Origin: Candidatus Methylomirabilia bacterium
GTDB taxonomy: Bacteria > Methylomirabilota > Methylomirabilia > Rokubacteriales > CSP1-6
NCBI GenBank assembly: GCA_046758965.1
Contig: JBHIBG010000030.1
Coordinates: 1 to 30,148 of the forward strand
DNA: 30,148 nucleotides
Direction: 5' to 3'
Numbering within the stretch: position 1 is the first letter of the stretch; each line of letters begins with the position of its first letter. Both the position numbers and the translations under genes were made by a program. Positions 16,130 through 25,468 of this stretch are shown one piece after another. Under the pieces are notes generated by a model. It was not told the origin of the DNA. It saw nothing but the letters and a program-made list of their open reading frames with translations, and did not search any database.

Positions 16130-17665
16130 ATGGAGAGAGAAGAGCGGGTACTCAGGGACCTCGAGCGGATCAAGAAGGGAGGACCGCCCCGGGGTCACCA
16201 GAAGCTGGCCGAAGCGGGCAAGCTGTTTGTGCGGGAGCGCCTCAAGCGCTTCTTCGACGACGGAGAGCCGTTCACCGAGATGGGGCGATTTGCCAGGGCT
16301 CTTGACCCTGAACTGCCAGCAGACGGGGTGGTGACGGGGACGGGCCGAATCCGCGGGCGCCTGGTCTTCTTTGCCGCCAGTGACTACACCGTGAAGGCCG
16401 GCTCGATCGGAAGGCTCCACGGGGAAAAGCTGATCCGCACACAGGAAGCAGCGATCAGGGCCAGGCGTCCGATCCTGTACCTCGTCGACTCGTCGGGCGC
16501 GCGCATCGACGAGATCGGGGGATACCACGTCGAGCGGAATAGCGGAGGGCGCCTCTTCTACTACCACAGCATCATGTCAGGGTCTGTCCCGCAGGTCGGG
16601 GTGCTGTACGGGCCGTGCTTTGCCGGCACGGCGTACACCCCGGTGTTCTGTGACTTCGTCATCATGCTGGATAAGCTCTCAGCCATGGCGATCGCCTCGC
16701 CGAGGATGGTCAAGATGGCGATCGGGGAAGAGGTGTCGCCGGAGGAGCTGGGCGGAGCCAGGATGCATGCGGCGGTGAGCGGCTCGAGTGACTTTGTGGT
16801 GCAGACGGAAGACGAAGCCGCAGCGCTCGTCAAGCGGTTGCTCTCCTACTTGCCCGATAGCTGTGAATCGAAGCCACCCGAGGCCGAACCAAAGGAGCCT
16901 GCCAGGAACCCCGCGGAGATCGATGACCTTATCCCGAAGGACCCCAAACACCCGTATGACGTTCACCGGCTCATCGAGGCCCTGGTGGACGAGGGGAGCT
17001 TTCTGGAGGTGAAGGCGACATACGCCGCCGAGCTGGTCACGGGCTTTGCGAGGATCAACGGCCAGGTCGTCGGGGTGGTGGCCAACCAGCCCGCAGTCCG
17101 GGGTGGGGCGATCTTCCCCGACTCGTCCGACAAAGGAGCGCAGTTCGTCTGGACCTGTGACGCGTTCAATATCCCCTTGCTGTACCTCTGTGATACGCCG
17201 GGCTTTATGGTCGGGAGAGCAGTGGAGCGCACTGGCATCTTGAGGCGCGGCCGGAAGTTCATCTTCGCCAGTTCGTCAGCGACTGTCCCGCGGGTGTGCG
17301 TGGTCGTCAGGAAGGCGTACGGCGCAGGGATCTACGCGATGTCCGGCCCCGCCTACGATCCGGAGATCACGCTGGCGTTGCCGTCGGCCGAGATCGCCGT
17401 GATGGGTCCCGAGGCAGCGATCAACGCGGTGTACTACAACAGGATTCAGGCCGTCGAAGACCCGGAGGAACGTGCCAGGTTGGTGGCGAAGCTCAGGGAG
17501 GAGTACAGCGCAAGCTATGACATCTACAAGCTCGCCAGCGAACTGGTCGTGGATGATCTGGTGCCGCCCAGGGACCTGAGAACGGAAATCGCCCGATACT
17601 TCAAAGCGTACGAGGCCAAGCGGATCGATCTTCCGCCCCGGAAGCACGCCACCATCATCAGCTAG
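16130..17665 (+). CDS. Acyl-CoA carboxylase/decarboxylase carboxyltransferase (beta) subunit
   Basis: RBS AAGGAGG then ATG 16130. ADGVVTG, DYTVKAGS, DSSGARI, ELGGARMH..VSG, ELVTGFARING, DTPGFMVG, RKAYGAG, AVMGPEAA. Confidence 0.9.
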   Translation: MEREERVLRDLERIKKGGPPRGHQKLAEAGKLFVRERLKRFFDDGEPFTEMGRFARALDPELPADGVVTGTGRIRGRLVFFAASDYTVKAGSIGRLHGEKLIRTQEAAIRARRPILYLVDSSGARIDEIGGYHVERNSGGRLFYYHSIMSGSVPQVGVLYGPCFAGTAYTPVFCDFVIMLDKLSAMAIASPRMVKMAIGEEVSPEELGGARMHAAVSGSSDFVVQTEDEAAALVKRLLSYLPDSCESKPPEAEPKEPARNPAEIDDLIPKDPKHPYDVHRLIEALVDEGSFLEVKATYAAELVTGFARINGQVVGVVANQPAVRGGAIFPDSSDKGAQFVWTCDAFNIPLLYLCDTPGFMVGRAVERTGILRRGRKFIFASSSATVPRVCVVVRKAYGAGIYAMSGPAYDPEITLALPSAEIAVMGPEAAINAVYYNRIQAVEDPEERARLVAKLREEYSASYDIYKLASELVVDDLVPPRDLRTEIARYFKAYEAKRIDLPPRKHATIIS

Positions 17666-17890
17666 CCTCGGAGAGCCGTGCATCTCGTAACGCCGGGCTG
17701 GCAGCTGGAGTCGGCCGAGTCTTCTGGTCCGACAGGACACCGTGCTCCAGGGCAGGCTGGGGAGGAGGAGATCAACCGGATCCGGTGCGTTTGCATCAGC
17801 TGCTGCCTCGGGCGCAGAAGGCGCTGACAGAAGAGGAGTGGCGAAGGATGGTGGAGAATAGCGAGGCTATGGTGTGGTTAGGAGGGGCCC

Positions 17891-19564
17891 ATGAGCACGC
17901 ATTCTGGCGGTGCGGGATCCAGCTTCCTCGGCGGGTACTTTGAGAAGCCCTTCCGCCTCCGGACGTGGTCGGGTCTGGACGTGAAGCCGTTCTACCGGCC
18001 CGAGGACGTGGCGGGAGAGCACCGGGAGCGGCCCTCCGACCCCGGGGAGTATCCTTACACGCGAGGCATCCACCGGGACATGTATCGGGGGCGGCTCTGG
18101 ACGCGGCGGGAGGTGTGTGGCTTCGGGAGCCCCGAGGAGACCAACCGGCGGATGAGGTTTCTCCTTGCGCAGGGAGCCTCGGGCTTGAATGTCATTTTCG
18201 ATATCCCCACCATGACCGGGATGGATGCGGACCACCCGATGGTAGAGGAAGAGGTCGGGGTTCAGGGAACTTCTCTCTCGACGGTAAGAGATATGGAGGC
18301 CCTGATGGCGGGTCTCCCCCTGGGCGAGATCAGCATGTCGATCGTGGTGACCTCCCACGCGGCCCCGGTGATCCTGGCCATGTACCTGGCGATCGCCCAG
18401 GCGCGCGGCTTGGAGCCCTCGCGCCTGCGGGGAACTATCCAGAACGATCCCTTGCACCACCGCTTTTGCGGGTATCCTCCGGCATACTCTCCCCTGAACC
18501 TTGGCCTCAAGACCGGGGTTGACTGCATCGAGTTTTGTGTCCGGCATATGCCCTACTGGTACCCCATCAACGTCAACGCCTACGACCTCCGCGAAGAAGG
18601 TCTCGGCGCGGCGGAGGAGATCGGCTTCTCCCTCGCCATGGCGCGGACCTACATCGATCGGACCCTCGAGCGCGGGTTGGGGATCGACGAGTTCGCGCCC
18701 CGGATGGTCTTCTACTGCTCGGCTCACATCGATCTCCTCGAGGAGGTGGCAAAGTTTCGGGCAATGCGACGGATGTGGGCCAAGATGCTCAAGGAGCAGT
18801 ACGGCGCCAAGGACCCTCGCTCGTGGCAGTTCAAATTCGGGGTCCACACCGCCGGGGCCTCGCTGGTCCCTCAGCAGCCCCTCAACAACATCGTCCGCAT
18901 CGCGTACGAGGCCCTTGCCGCTGTCCTGGGGGGCGCCCAATCGCTCCACTGCTGCTCGTATGACGAGCCGATTTCCCTACCGACCGAAGCCGCCCAACGG
19001 ATAGCGATTCGGACCCAGCAGATCCTGGCTTACGAGACAGGGATCGCCAACACCGCCGACCCTCTTGGGGGTTCGTACTTCATCGAGACCCTCACCGATC
19101 GACTGCAGGCCGAGGCGCTGGAGGTCCTCAAGCGGATCGAGGAGCAGGGCGGGATGTACCGGGCCATCGAGACCGGCTGGGTGGAACAGGAGTTCGAGGA
19201 GGCGGCCTACCGATACCAACAGGAGGTGGAGGCGCGGCAGCGGGTCGTCGTCGGGGCCAATGCGTTCGTGATCCCTCCCCAGGAGGATCACGACGTGGCG
19301 ATCCATCCACATCCCTCTGCCGAAGCGGTCCGCGCCCATCGGGGCCAGCTCAAACAGTTCCGCGAACGGCGCGATGCGGATTCAGTCAGGGTTGCCCTCC
19401 ATCGGCTTCGGGAGGAGTGTAGCAAGGGCGAGAAGCACAACCTGATCCCGACCCTGGTCGAGGTGGTCCGCGCCGGGGCCACGCTTGGCGAGACGGTCGG
19501 GGTGATGCGTGAGGCGTACGGGCATGAGTACGATCCCGCCGGGCAGCTCCGGTCGATCATCTGA
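17891..19564 (+). CDS. B12-dependent acyl-CoA mutase, large (substrate-binding) subunit, MCM family
   Basis: PGEYPYTRGIH, GFGSPEETNRR, GTIQND, EEVAKFRAMRRMWA, QQPLNNIVR, LGGAQSLH, ADPLGGSYFIE. Confidence 0.92.
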   Translation: MSTHSGGAGSSFLGGYFEKPFRLRTWSGLDVKPFYRPEDVAGEHRERPSDPGEYPYTRGIHRDMYRGRLWTRREVCGFGSPEETNRRMRFLLAQGASGLNVIFDIPTMTGMDADHPMVEEEVGVQGTSLSTVRDMEALMAGLPLGEISMSIVVTSHAAPVILAMYLAIAQARGLEPSRLRGTIQNDPLHHRFCGYPPAYSPLNLGLKTGVDCIEFCVRHMPYWYPINVNAYDLREEGLGAAEEIGFSLAMARTYIDRTLERGLGIDEFAPRMVFYCSAHIDLLEEVAKFRAMRRMWAKMLKEQYGAKDPRSWQFKFGVHTAGASLVPQQPLNNIVRIAYEALAAVLGGAQSLHCCSYDEPISLPTEAAQRIAIRTQQILAYETGIANTADPLGGSYFIETLTDRLQAEALEVLKRIEEQGGMYRAIETGWVEQEFEEAAYRYQQEVEARQRVVVGANAFVIPPQEDHDVAIHPHPSAEAVRAHRGQLKQFRERRDADSVRVALHRLREECSKGEKHNLIPTLVEVVRAGATLGETVGVMREAYGHEYDPAGQLRSII

Positions 19565-19976
19565 CAGCACGCCGAGGATCAAGGTGGTTTTGGCCAAGGT
19601 CAGCATGGACGGCCATGACCGGGGCGTGAAGGTCCTGGCGAGGCTCCTCCGCGACGCAGGGATGGAAGTGGTCTACCTGGGGAAATTCCTCTCCCACGAG
19701 GTCGTTGTTGAGGCCGCTATCCAGGAGCACGCGCGGGTGGTGGGGCTGTCCTTCCTGTCAGGGGAGCATCTCGCTCACACCCGACGCCTCGCAGCCAGGC
19801 TCCGGGAGCAGGGGCTCCGAAACGTTCTCCTGTTGGTTGGCGGGGTGATCCCGCGCCAGGATGTCCCGCAGCTCCTGGAAGCCGGGGCCGACGGTGTCTT
19901 CGTGACCGGAACATCTGTGGACGCGGTAGTGAGCTTTATCCGGGAGCGGGTGGGAGAGAAGGAGGCTGGCACCTGA
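19524..19976 (+). CDS. B12-binding small subunit of the acyl-CoA mutase (start uncertain: ATG 19524 or GTG 19584)
   Basis: DxHxxG base-off motif (MDGHDRG), GMEVVYLG, VGLSFLSGEH, VGGVIP. Confidence 0.88.
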   Translation: MSTIPPGSSGRSSDSTPRIKVVLAKVSMDGHDRGVKVLARLLRDAGMEVVYLGKFLSHEVVVEAAIQEHARVVGLSFLSGEHLAHTRRLAARLREQGLRNVLLLVGGVIPRQDVPQLLEAGADGVFVTGTSVDAVVSFIRERVGEKEAGT

Positions 19977-20028
19977 CCGCTCCATAACAGCGCGCGATTT
20001 GGAGACTGGATCCAGGGGAGACACTGCC

Positions 20029-20493
20029 ATGTTGCAGGACGGGATGCGCGGAAAGTACTGGGACGACTTGAAGGTGGGGCAGGTCTTCTGGTCGTCCGGC
20101 CGGACGATGACGGAGCACGACCTCATGGAATTTGCGGGGCTGGCGGGGGACTTCAACCCACTGCACGTGGATGCACAATACGCCAAGGACAGCGTCTTCG
20201 GAGAGAGGATCCCCCACGGGCCTCTAGGCCTCGTCTTTGCTCTCGGCGGCTATGATCGGATCGGCCTGCTGGAAGGGGTGGCGGTCGCGTTTGTCAGTCT
20301 GAGCTGGCGTTTCCTGGCCCCCTTTCGGATCGGTGACACCGTGCGCACCAAAGTGACGATCAAGGAATTGAAGGAGACGAACCGCCCTGACCGCGGGATG
20401 GCGACGTTGCTCGTGCAGCTGGTCAACCAGAGCGACATCGTCGTACAGGAGGGCGAGCATATCTTCATGATGCTCCGCCGGGCCGAGGGTTAG
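20029..20493 (+). CDS. MaoC-like (R)-specific enoyl-CoA hydratase/dehydratase
   Basis: RBS GGGGAG then ATG 20029; hydratase motif FAGLAGDFNPLHVD...FGERIPHG. Confidence 0.9.
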   Translation: MLQDGMRGKYWDDLKVGQVFWSSGRTMTEHDLMEFAGLAGDFNPLHVDAQYAKDSVFGERIPHGPLGLVFALGGYDRIGLLEGVAVAFVSLSWRFLAPFRIGDTVRTKVTIKELKETNRPDRGMATLLVQLVNQSDIVVQEGEHIFMMLRRAEG

Positions 20494-20678
20494 GGGGCGG
20501 TGAGATCCGGTAGGCGGCCAGGCCCTCGGTCTTTACGTCGTTTGTCCGGCGTGGCCGATGGGTCTGTGTTCCCGTGACACGGCCATCATCGGCGCCCTGG
20601 CGCTGTGGGTCCTGTGTTATGGTGGCCTGGGAGCGGGAAGGCGGGCCGGCGTCAGCGTGGAATTGAGGAGACACGACT

Positions 20679-21875
20679 ATGGATTTCGCCGCGACAGAGA
20701 AGGTCAAGACGCTTCGCCGGAGGTTGACGGATTTCATGGAGCGTTTTGTCTACCCGAATGAACGGACGTTCTACGAGGAGATCGAATCCTCAGGCGACAA
20801 GCACCACCGCCCCAAAATCTTGGATGAGCTGAAGGCGAAGGCGCGAGAGGCGGGGTTGTGGAACCTGTTCCTGAACGATGGTAAGTATGGGCCGGGCCTA
20901 ACGAACTTGGAATATGCTCCGCTCGCCGAGGTAATGGGGCGTGTCCTATGGGCGTCGGAGGTGTTTAACTGCTCCGCGCCGGATACCGGGAATATGGAGA
21001 GTTTGGCGCAGTACGGGACCAGCGCGCAAAAGAAGCAGTGGCTGGAGCCACTGCTGGAAGGCAAGATTCGTAGCGGGTTTTCGATGACCGAACCGATGAC
21101 AGCCGGGTCTGACCCGACGCAGCTGCAGGCGACCGCCGTTCGGGCTGGTGGCTTCTATGCCATCACCGGTCGTAAATGGTTCACGACCGGTGCGATGCAC
21201 GCCCGGGTGCTGATTGTGGCGGCCGTGACGAATCCGAATGCGCCTCGGCACCGGCGGGTGAGTCTCTTTCTCGTGCCGGTGGATGTCCCAGGGGTCACCA
21301 TCGTTCGATCGGTGCCGGTCTACGGATACGTGAGCGGTCCCGGGGAATGTGAGGTCGTGTTCGAGGAAGCCCGTGTGCCCACGAGCAATCTATTGGGCGA
21401 GGAGGGGGATGGGTTTGCCGTCGCTCAGGCCAGGTTGGGGTCGGGGCGAATTCATCACTGTATGCGTGCTGTAGGCATGGCCGAGCGTGGGGTGGAGATG
21501 ATGTGCCGTCGCGTGAAGACGCGGATGGTGATCGGTGGACTGCTGAGCGAGAAGCAGATGGTCCAGGACTTCATCGCGAAGTCCCGGATCGAGGTAGAGG
21601 CCGCACGATTGATGGTGCTCCATGCGGCCTGGAAGATGGACACCGGGGGAAAGAAAGAGGCGTGGCCGGAGATCTCGATGAGCAAGGTGCTGTGCGCCCA
21701 GATGGCCTGCGAGGTCGTCGATCGCGCGATCCAGATCCATGGCGCCCTGGGTGTGACCGATGATCTCCCGTTGGCAGCGATGTGGCGGTATGCCCGCATT
21801 CTGCGTCTCGGGGATGGGGCCGATGAGGTCCACAAGGTGAAGATTGCTGAGCATGAGTTGAGGCGGTGGACGTGA
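20679..21875 (+). CDS. Acyl-CoA dehydrogenase of the ACAD10/11-LvaC-FadE2 group
   Basis: AREAGLWNLFL, GLTNLEYAPLAE, FNCSAPDTGNME, FSMTEP, AQARLGSGRIHHCMR, LRLGDGADEVH. Confidence 0.9.
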   Translation: MDFAATEKVKTLRRRLTDFMERFVYPNERTFYEEIESSGDKHHRPKILDELKAKAREAGLWNLFLNDGKYGPGLTNLEYAPLAEVMGRVLWASEVFNCSAPDTGNMESLAQYGTSAQKKQWLEPLLEGKIRSGFSMTEPMTAGSDPTQLQATAVRAGGFYAITGRKWFTTGAMHARVLIVAAVTNPNAPRHRRVSLFLVPVDVPGVTIVRSVPVYGYVSGPGECEVVFEEARVPTSNLLGEEGDGFAVAQARLGSGRIHHCMRAVGMAERGVEMMCRRVKTRMVIGGLLSEKQMVQDFIAKSRIEVEAARLMVLHAAWKMDTGGKKEAWPEISMSKVLCAQMACEVVDRAIQIHGALGVTDDLPLAAMWRYARILRLGDGADEVHKVKIAEHELRRWT

Positions 21876-22978
21876 GCTCCGGGAGCGCGCGCGAGATGCC
21901 GCCGACCTTGCCGGCCGACTTGGGGCAGAGGCTCTCTGATCGGCTCCGCGCGGCGCTGGATGCGGGCGACCTCTCGGGCGCACGTCAGCTCGCTCTGGGG
22001 GGAGACGGCCAGGCCCGAAGCCTTGAGAAGGAATATGCCCTGATGTACAAGGGGCTTGGCATGACGATTCGCATCCTGCTGGACCTTTTGGGCGGCACGG
22101 TGGCTCGCAACGCAGCGCCGGAGCGAGAGTCGGCCGGCAAGGCACTGGCGGATCTTCTGCTCCGTTTCAGGCGTGAGATGATCGTCGTGCTTCAGCAGGC
22201 CTACGCGGCGGGTGTGGTCCGCCAGGCAATCGAAGAGATGCCCGACCTGCCGATCTCATCGTCCTCGGGGCGGTTCGACCGCGACCTGGCCCGCACCGCG
22301 CGGCTCCTGGCCGGGGCTGAGAGCCTCTTCTCCCGCCAACAGGCGCGCTGGGCGCGGGAGGTGGTCCGGGCGATCGAGGCAGAGGACGCTGAGGGGGCCC
22401 GAGCCGTCGTCGACCAGAAGGAGCGGGGCGAGTACGTCCCGCTCCATGACCGCCTGATTCGCTTCATGGCCGAGGTCTTCGGCTATGTGTTGGAGCGGTT
22501 CGGGCCTGCCGAGCTTTACCGGTTCCATCGGGCGACTGCCGAGGGGCAGCGCCAGGGGTTCGAGGAGTGGGATCGGCTGACCCCCGCCGAGTTCGCCGCG
22601 GCCACCGCCTTTTTGCTCAAGCAGCATATGGGGAACCTCGAGGTCCGAGAGGACGAAGAAAAGTTCACGATGGTACAGACGCCGTGTGGCAGCGGGGGCC
22701 GCCTGCGGCTGGCCGGAGCCTACTCCGGTCCCGAGGCCCTGCCGTTCGTGGAGGAGCGCGGAGCCCTGACGCTGGGCCAGGAGCGATTTCCGGTGTACTG
22801 CTCTCACTGCCCGATCTGGAACAGCGTGGCCCCCATCGAGTGGTTTGGGCGACCCCACTGGGTGTTCGAGACGCCCGCGCGCCCGGACGGCTCCTGCACT
22901 CTCCACATCTACAAGCGCCATGATGGGGCGCCAGCCTCCTACTACCGCCAGCTCGGGTTGCGTGAGGGAGGCCGCTGA
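21872..22978 (+). CDS. Hypothetical protein with C-terminal PCGSGGR / YCSHC / C motifs
   Basis: The GTG start overlaps the ACAD stop (GTGA). Long ORF with GC-rich third codon positions and a C-terminal Cys cluster. Confidence 0.75.
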   Translation: MSSGSAREMPPTLPADLGQRLSDRLRAALDAGDLSGARQLALGGDGQARSLEKEYALMYKGLGMTIRILLDLLGGTVARNAAPERESAGKALADLLLRFRREMIVVLQQAYAAGVVRQAIEEMPDLPISSSSGRFDRDLARTARLLAGAESLFSRQQARWAREVVRAIEAEDAEGARAVVDQKERGEYVPLHDRLIRFMAEVFGYVLERFGPAELYRFHRATAEGQRQGFEEWDRLTPAEFAAATAFLLKQHMGNLEVREDEEKFTMVQTPCGSGGRLRLAGAYSGPEALPFVEERGALTLGQERFPVYCSHCPIWNSVAPIEWFGRPHWVFETPARPDGSCTLHIYKRHDGAPASYYRQLGLREGGR

Positions 22979-23028
22979 GGGCCATGGGACACCGGCTTTC
23001 TGACCGTGGACAGTAGCGGGCGATAGGG

Positions 23029-23787
23029 ATGCACGTCGACCTCAGCGGGACGGTGGCGCTCGTGACGGGGGCGAGCCGTGGGCTCGGGCGGGCTATTGCC
23101 CTGGCGTTGGCGGAGGCCGGTGCCGACCTCGCCCTGGCGGCCCGGGGTGCTGAGGGTCTCGAGCGCACGGCGGCGGAGGTGGGTAAGCACGGCGTCCGCG
23201 CAGAGGTCTTTCGCGCCGACATGCGGCACGCAGGCGACATCGAGGCACTCGTCGCGCGGGCGTTGCGCGCATTCGGCCGGATCGACGTGCTCGTCAACAA
23301 CGCTGGCATCTCGGGCGACGAGAAGCCGTTCCTCGATCTGGTCCCAGAAGAGTGGGACGGCGTACTCGCGGTCAACCTGCGCGGGCCGGCGCTCTGCGCC
23401 CAGGCGGTGGCGCGTACGATGGTCGAGCGCAAGCGAGGGCGGATTGTCAACATCGCCTCCCTCGGAGGGCTCAGGCCGATTTCGCGGCTGGCGCCGTACT
23501 GTGTAAGCAAGGCCGGGCTTATCCAGCTCACCAGGGTGATGGCGCTGGAGTTGGCACGTCATAACGTGCAGATCAACGCGGTCTGCCCGGGCTACTTCGG
23601 CACGCCGATGAACAAGACGTTCTTCGCAAGCCCGAAGGGTCAGGAGATCATCCAGCGGTCGATCCCGATGCGGCGGCTCGGAGATCCAACCGAGCTGGGG
23701 CCCACGGTCGTGTTTCTGGCGTCCGAGGCGTCGAGCTTCATGACCGGCTCGGTCATTGTGGTCGACGGGGGGCAGATGCTCGCCTGA
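23029..23787 (+). CDS. SDR oxidoreductase (occupies the LvaD position)
   Basis: TGASRGLG, LVNNAG, YCVSK, INAVCPGYF, FMTGSVIVVDGG. Confidence 0.9.
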   Translation: MHVDLSGTVALVTGASRGLGRAIALALAEAGADLALAARGAEGLERTAAEVGKHGVRAEVFRADMRHAGDIEALVARALRAFGRIDVLVNNAGISGDEKPFLDLVPEEWDGVLAVNLRGPALCAQAVARTMVERKRGRIVNIASLGGLRPISRLAPYCVSKAGLIQLTRVMALELARHNVQINAVCPGYFGTPMNKTFFASPKGQEIIQRSIPMRRLGDPTELGPTVVFLASEASSFMTGSVIVVDGGQMLA

Positions 23788-23872
23788 GTCCGAACGGGGC
23801 TGCCAAGCTCGGGAGGGTGACAAAGAGACGAGTTCAAGGCGGCGCATGGAATGTGACGGAGGTGTAGGGTGT

Positions 23873-24967
23873 ATGGAGGCAGAGCGGCGGAGTCCTCACG
23901 AAAGAGGCTCGAGACAGCTGCCTGTCCGCGAGGAACAGTCCGCTGGGGGAGCAGTGGATCGGTTGCGGGCCGGGCTCGAGAGATTCATCGGGCGCCAGGT
24001 CGGATCTTCGGTTTCGATCGTTGCCCTTTCCCGACTGCCTGGCGGGACAATGCGTCATGCCTGGGCGATGGACGTCGAGATCTGTTCCGGCTCGTTGGCA
24101 GGGGTTCATCGGCTGATCTACCTGCAGGACCGCGGCGGCGCTCCTCTCCACAGCCGTCTGCGTCGCGAGGAGGAGTTTCGGGTTCTCTCGGTGATGCACG
24201 GATCCGGAGTGCGTGTCCCGAAGCCATACTGGATGCTCGAGGGAGGTGATCCGGCCGGCATCGGCGCCGGTCTGATTCTCGAGCGCGTCGAAGGGGAAAC
24301 TCTGGGTCGCCGTCTCGTGCAGGATAGCGCCTTCGACGGTGTTCGGCCCCGCCTGCTCGAGCAGATCGGCGAAGAGCTCGCCAGAATTCATGCTGTCCGG
24401 AGCGACGCGGTGGGGTGCCTCTCTCGCGCATCCATCGAACCGGCTCCCGCCGAAGCCCAGCTGGGTGAGGTCGAGCGCACGTTGCGGGAGATCGGCGAGC
24501 CACATCCCGCCCTCGAGCTGGCGCTGCGTTGGCTCCGCGCCCGAGTTCCGAGGTGCGAACAGATCGTGGTCGTGCACGGCGACTATCGGCTCGGCAATTT
24601 CGTCGTCGACCCGAGGCAGGGCTTGCGCGCGGTGCTGGATTGGGAGCTCAGCCATCTTGGAGACCCCGGCGAAGACCTCGGATGGGTCTGCATACGTTTC
24701 TGGGAATCTGTCGATCGGCCAGGCGTGCGGGGACTCGGCCCGAGGCAGCGGTTTTTCGATGGGTACGCCGCAATCAGCGGCAGGCGACTTGACCGTGAGT
24801 TGGCGATGTTTTGGGAGGTCTTCGCCAACCTCCGGTGGGCGGTCGTCACGTTGGGACAAGCCCAACGGCACCTGTCAGGAGACGAACGCAGCATCGAGCT
24901 GGCAAGCATCGGTCGTCGCTGCGCCGAAGTGGAGTGGGAGTTGCTACACCTGTTGCGCTCTTTCTGA
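23873..24967 (+). CDS. APH-family phosphotransferase (LvaA / ACAD10-11 kinase-like)
   Basis: RBS GGAGGT then ATG 23873. GVRVPKP, VHGDYRLGN (Brenner motif), LDWELSHLGDPGEDLGW, SIELASIGRRCAEVE. Confidence 0.88.
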   Translation: MEAERRSPHERGSRQLPVREEQSAGGAVDRLRAGLERFIGRQVGSSVSIVALSRLPGGTMRHAWAMDVEICSGSLAGVHRLIYLQDRGGAPLHSRLRREEEFRVLSVMHGSGVRVPKPYWMLEGGDPAGIGAGLILERVEGETLGRRLVQDSAFDGVRPRLLEQIGEELARIHAVRSDAVGCLSRASIEPAPAEAQLGEVERTLREIGEPHPALELALRWLRARVPRCEQIVVVHGDYRLGNFVVDPRQGLRAVLDWELSHLGDPGEDLGWVCIRFWESVDRPGVRGLGPRQRFFDGYAAISGRRLDRELAMFWEVFANLRWAVVTLGQAQRHLSGDERSIELASIGRRCAEVEWELLHLLRSF

Positions 24968-24973
24968 CTGGCC

Positions 24974-25396
24974 ATGCAAGATCGGCCGACGGGTCCCGAA
25001 CTGCTCAATACCGTCCGCGACTTTCTCGAGGAAGAGGTGGTCCCGGGTATCACCGATCGCCGGCTCAAGTACCAGATCCTGATCGCGCTGAATCTCTTGC
25101 GCATTCTCGAACGCGAAGTTCCGGGCGAAGAGGGGCGGTTACGCGCTGAGCTGGACGCCTTGCATGATCTCCTCGGTCTTCCCCGGGCGGTTCAGCCGAC
25201 CGATCCCGCGGCGCTCCGCCAGCGTGTACTGGAAGCTAATCGACAGTTGTGTGAGCGGATCCGGAGGGGCCTGGCTGACACCGGTCCGTGGCGACAACCC
25301 GTGTTCTTGCACGTGCGGGCCGCTGTTGAGGAGAAGTTGCGGATCAACAACCCCACTCAGCTGGAAGCCGTTCTCGAGGAGTTGGCGGATGAGTGA
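24974..25396 (+). CDS. LvaB/DUF6285-like kinase partner protein
   Basis: MQDRPTGPELL..VRDFLEEEVVP...YQILIALNLLRILERE...LCERIRRG...KLRINNP, directly after the APH kinase. Confidence 0.78.
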   Translation: MQDRPTGPELLNTVRDFLEEEVVPGITDRRLKYQILIALNLLRILEREVPGEEGRLRAELDALHDLLGLPRAVQPTDPAALRQRVLEANRQLCERIRRGLADTGPWRQPVFLHVRAAVEEKLRINNPTQLEAVLEELADE

Positions 25397-25468
25397 CGGC
25401 ACTCAGTGGTCGCGACATCACGCTCCTGAATGGCGGGTGGGAGTGTCGAACCGGCTATGGGATGAGCG

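Noticed and set aside
17666..17890. Possible coding remnants or a cobalamin riboswitch upstream of the mutase
   Set aside because: I could not find B12-box or other conserved riboswitch motifs, or a convincing peptide; an Rfam scan would settle it.
19509..19590. Programmed frameshift fusing the mutase large and small subunits
   Set aside because: There is no slippery sequence, plausible independent starts exist (19524, 19584), and split mutases are common.
14223..23787. Similarity of the two SDRs (14223 and 23029) as a recent duplication
   Set aside because: Shared motifs are family-level and the central regions differ widely, so they are ordinary paralogs.
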